Source of the DNA: Stylophora pistillata
Lineage: Eukaryota
Assembly (NCBI RefSeq): GCF_002571385.2
Contig: NW_019217804.1
Coordinates: 450,306-514,305, forward strand
DNA length: 64,000 nucleotides
Reading direction: 5' to 3'
A program made the position numbers and the translations under genes. Of this stretch, positions 61,564 to 64,000 are shown one piece after another; position 1 is the stretch's first letter; every line of letters begins with the position of its first letter. The notes beneath the pieces are model-generated. The model saw only the letters and a program-made list of their open reading frames with translations. It ran no database searches and was not told the DNA's origin.

Positions 61564-64000
61564 TTCTATAAAAGAATAAAGTTGCAAGAAAAATACGGGT
61601 AGTGTCCTATAGAAAGCAATTGATAAAATTAACACGGCACTCGTAACATTTTACCTAAACTTTGGGGAATTGATTTGAGGAACTGAAGAAGCTAAATCTT
61701 AAATTGTTTGTCAGTGGTTCTCCGTAGCTTTTCGTTTAAACTTGTGTGAAGCAGAATTTGGTAAAGTCATCTCTTTTGTTAAGTGGCAATTGAACAAAAC
61801 GTCTTTAGAACTGCTGTTTTAAAACCTATGATAAGTAAAGGTGAAGGCTATGCGTACATTCAACATAAATCAGCTTTTACTTCCAGTCTTGTTGCAGAAC
61901 GGGCCGAGCAATGTAGACTTACCTTTCTCCTTCAAAGTGTCTGTGGCAGATAAACTTCTCTGATTCGAAATGTTTCGTTGTTTTCCTTTCCTTGTCCAGG
62001 ATTAATTGAGGGTGAAGCGAGTTTTGACAGTCTTTTATACTAAACGAAGAGGAAGATGTTTTATTGCTTTACATCATCTTTTTGTCCGGCATATTCCGGA
62101 TTACTCATTTTCCCTAAATTTTGTATCGTTTGACGCTTTGTAAATTACGTCATTTGAATTCATAAACCTGTATCTTTTGAACGTTGTTTACTGTTCCTTC
62201 CGTAACAGTCGAACGATCCATCCTTGTTGTATCAAATTGATTTTGTAGTTTATGTCTGGTATACAGTAATTTTGACTTCGCGAAACCAACTCATCGGATT
62301 TATACTTAATACAGGCATTTATTCCGCAGTGGTAATGGCTATAATTCCATATGGATTGTTGGACCTTTTTTTTGTTGTGGGTTGAAGAGATGCTGCTTAT
62401 CCGTTTTTACCATAATCCCGAAAACTACTCAGCTCTTAGAAAACTGGGTGTCCAGAAACACTTATATTTGATTTTTTAAAGTTTTGATTTTTTCTCTCGG
62501 GATAAGCGCATGGACCTCCGCCTCTTTAACGTTTATTGTTTCCTTTATCAAAGTTCCTGGTAAGAAAGTAAGCAACTTTCCGCTCATAATGGCAATCACT
62601 TAAAAGAAGAGCGTGACAACAAATATTTTAACTATCCGGTATCAACACAGAGGATAGAAGGGAATAAGCTAATTTAAAGATACAATCATTTGATTTTAAT
62701 GCATTATCATCAATAGATGATTAGGCTGGTGTTAATGTAGACGAATCTTTGAGATGGTTTTTTCATTGAAAGCGCGCGAGGCCGCACTGGTGGAATGATA
62801 ATATGAATTATTAATAACGTGACTTCTGTGTTGACGTAACTTAATTGACATGTCGTTTATTGAACAAAACCAGTCTTTATCACAGGAAATGGGTCATTAG
62901 TTTATGGGGTTGGGCCCGACTAACTAAACTCAACTAATTATCCATAAATAAACCAGGTAAAGGAGTCGTAGTCTAAATTGAAGAAAGTAACAAGATGTCC
63001 CATTTGATGACTAGCTGTGACATGAACAGATAGTTTCATTGCCTAAGAGGGTATGTTTTAGGCTTTTAATTTACTCGGTCGTAAATTATAATGTTAAATC
63101 GCAAGACAAAGAAAAGAGAGTATACAAACTGTTTGAATGAGGCCTTAAACTACTGTAAAAAGTAAACTTTAAAATATGGCTGAGGCATGCGATATTCCTT
63201 CTTTATATAATTGAAAAAGTTGGTTATGATAGTATAAAGAGAAGCTTTTCCAGGTAAATTATAACGACCTAATGACGAACTTCCACGAAAAATAGATAAA
63301 TATAGACGAAGAGCATCGGTATCATGAACTGGTCATGCACGGTTCATGTCTGTGTAACGTACCAGTCGCTGCTAAAGAAGACATAGGGGCTAATGGTAGC
63401 TGACAAGACATCCCTTTTCTTGTTTCTAAATGTTTCTCGTTACTTGTAGAATTATAAATCAATTCATTGAAAGCATATCCGAAGAAATTACTTTGTTATC
63501 GTTGTTTTCCGCAATCGATGGAGTAACAATCCTTTTTCATCCTTACCGGTAAACGTACAGGTTTCCGGTTTTCGTAAAGGGACCATAAGTACTTCATTGG
63601 CGTTAAAGTTCTGTTATTACTTACACTTTCGCCAAGAGAAGAATATGATACCAAGCACTTTATATCACGTATCATAATACATCCAAGAAAAGTTTTGTAA
63701 AGTAAATGTTTGGTTCGAATTTAGCCGAATATCTCCAATCAAATTGACTTTATAAGCAAGATGAAGAGTAAGTGTTTTAGACTTAATTTCCACGCGTTCC
63801 CGTCATTCAGGTTTAGAATTATAAAAACGCGTTTACAGTCCTCACGCTTTCTTTAATAAGGACTTATGTTGGTCGTGTTCCCTAATGTTTCCGACTTTAA
63901 GATAGAACTTCACTTTTTCAAGGGCATCACACCACAGAAATAACTTAGGTAAATAAATCAATGAATAGATAATGTATGAATAAGTAAAGGAAATGAAAGA

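Larger units (their letters stand above)
54185..63280. repeat. Recent head-to-tail segmental duplication (~5.4 kb unit) carrying paralogs E and F
   Basis: 54185-55372 matches 59559-60701, and 56995-59540 matches 60703-~63280, including introns and flanks. Confidence 0.85.

Noticed and set aside
1-64000. CRISPR arrays, operons or other prokaryotic systems
   Set aside because: The sequence is eukaryotic (spliceosomal introns, LINE/SINE/MITEs); no regularly spaced repeat-spacer array was seen.

Overview
Eukaryotic, AT-rich, intron-containing animal DNA, most likely a stony coral or other anthozoan. That assignment is inferred from the repeat landscape and is not proven. Assembly gaps lie at ~2214-2229, 17919-18892, 32623-33190, plus a single N at 60702. 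The main content is missed by the ORF track because it is spliced: a minus-strand tandem array of six paralogous genes (A-F, 9.4-61.6 kb) for secreted ~203-214 aa proteins. Each complete copy has a predicted non-coding first exon and five coding exons separated by four phase-0 introns. The proteins have a signal peptide, amphipathic helices, two invariant Cys and N-glycosylation sequons. This is the architecture of helical cytokines (IL-10/IFN-lambda/fish type I IFN gene structure, with some IL-6-like resemblance), so this is a candidate invertebrate cytokine or interferon-like cluster. Interleaved with it are weak relics of a possible second secreted family with FGF/beta-trefoil-like motifs. 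Also present: an intronless RVxF-ankyrin (PP1 regulator-like) gene, an RTE-type LINE 3' end, a complete but decayed PIF/Harbinger transposon, a decayed spliced RAG1/Transib-like transposase facing a chromodomain gene, a tRNA-derived SINE, Penelope-type fragments with target duplications, several MITEs, and two hairpin repeat families that occur as flip/flop isomers. All gene models were spliced by eye.
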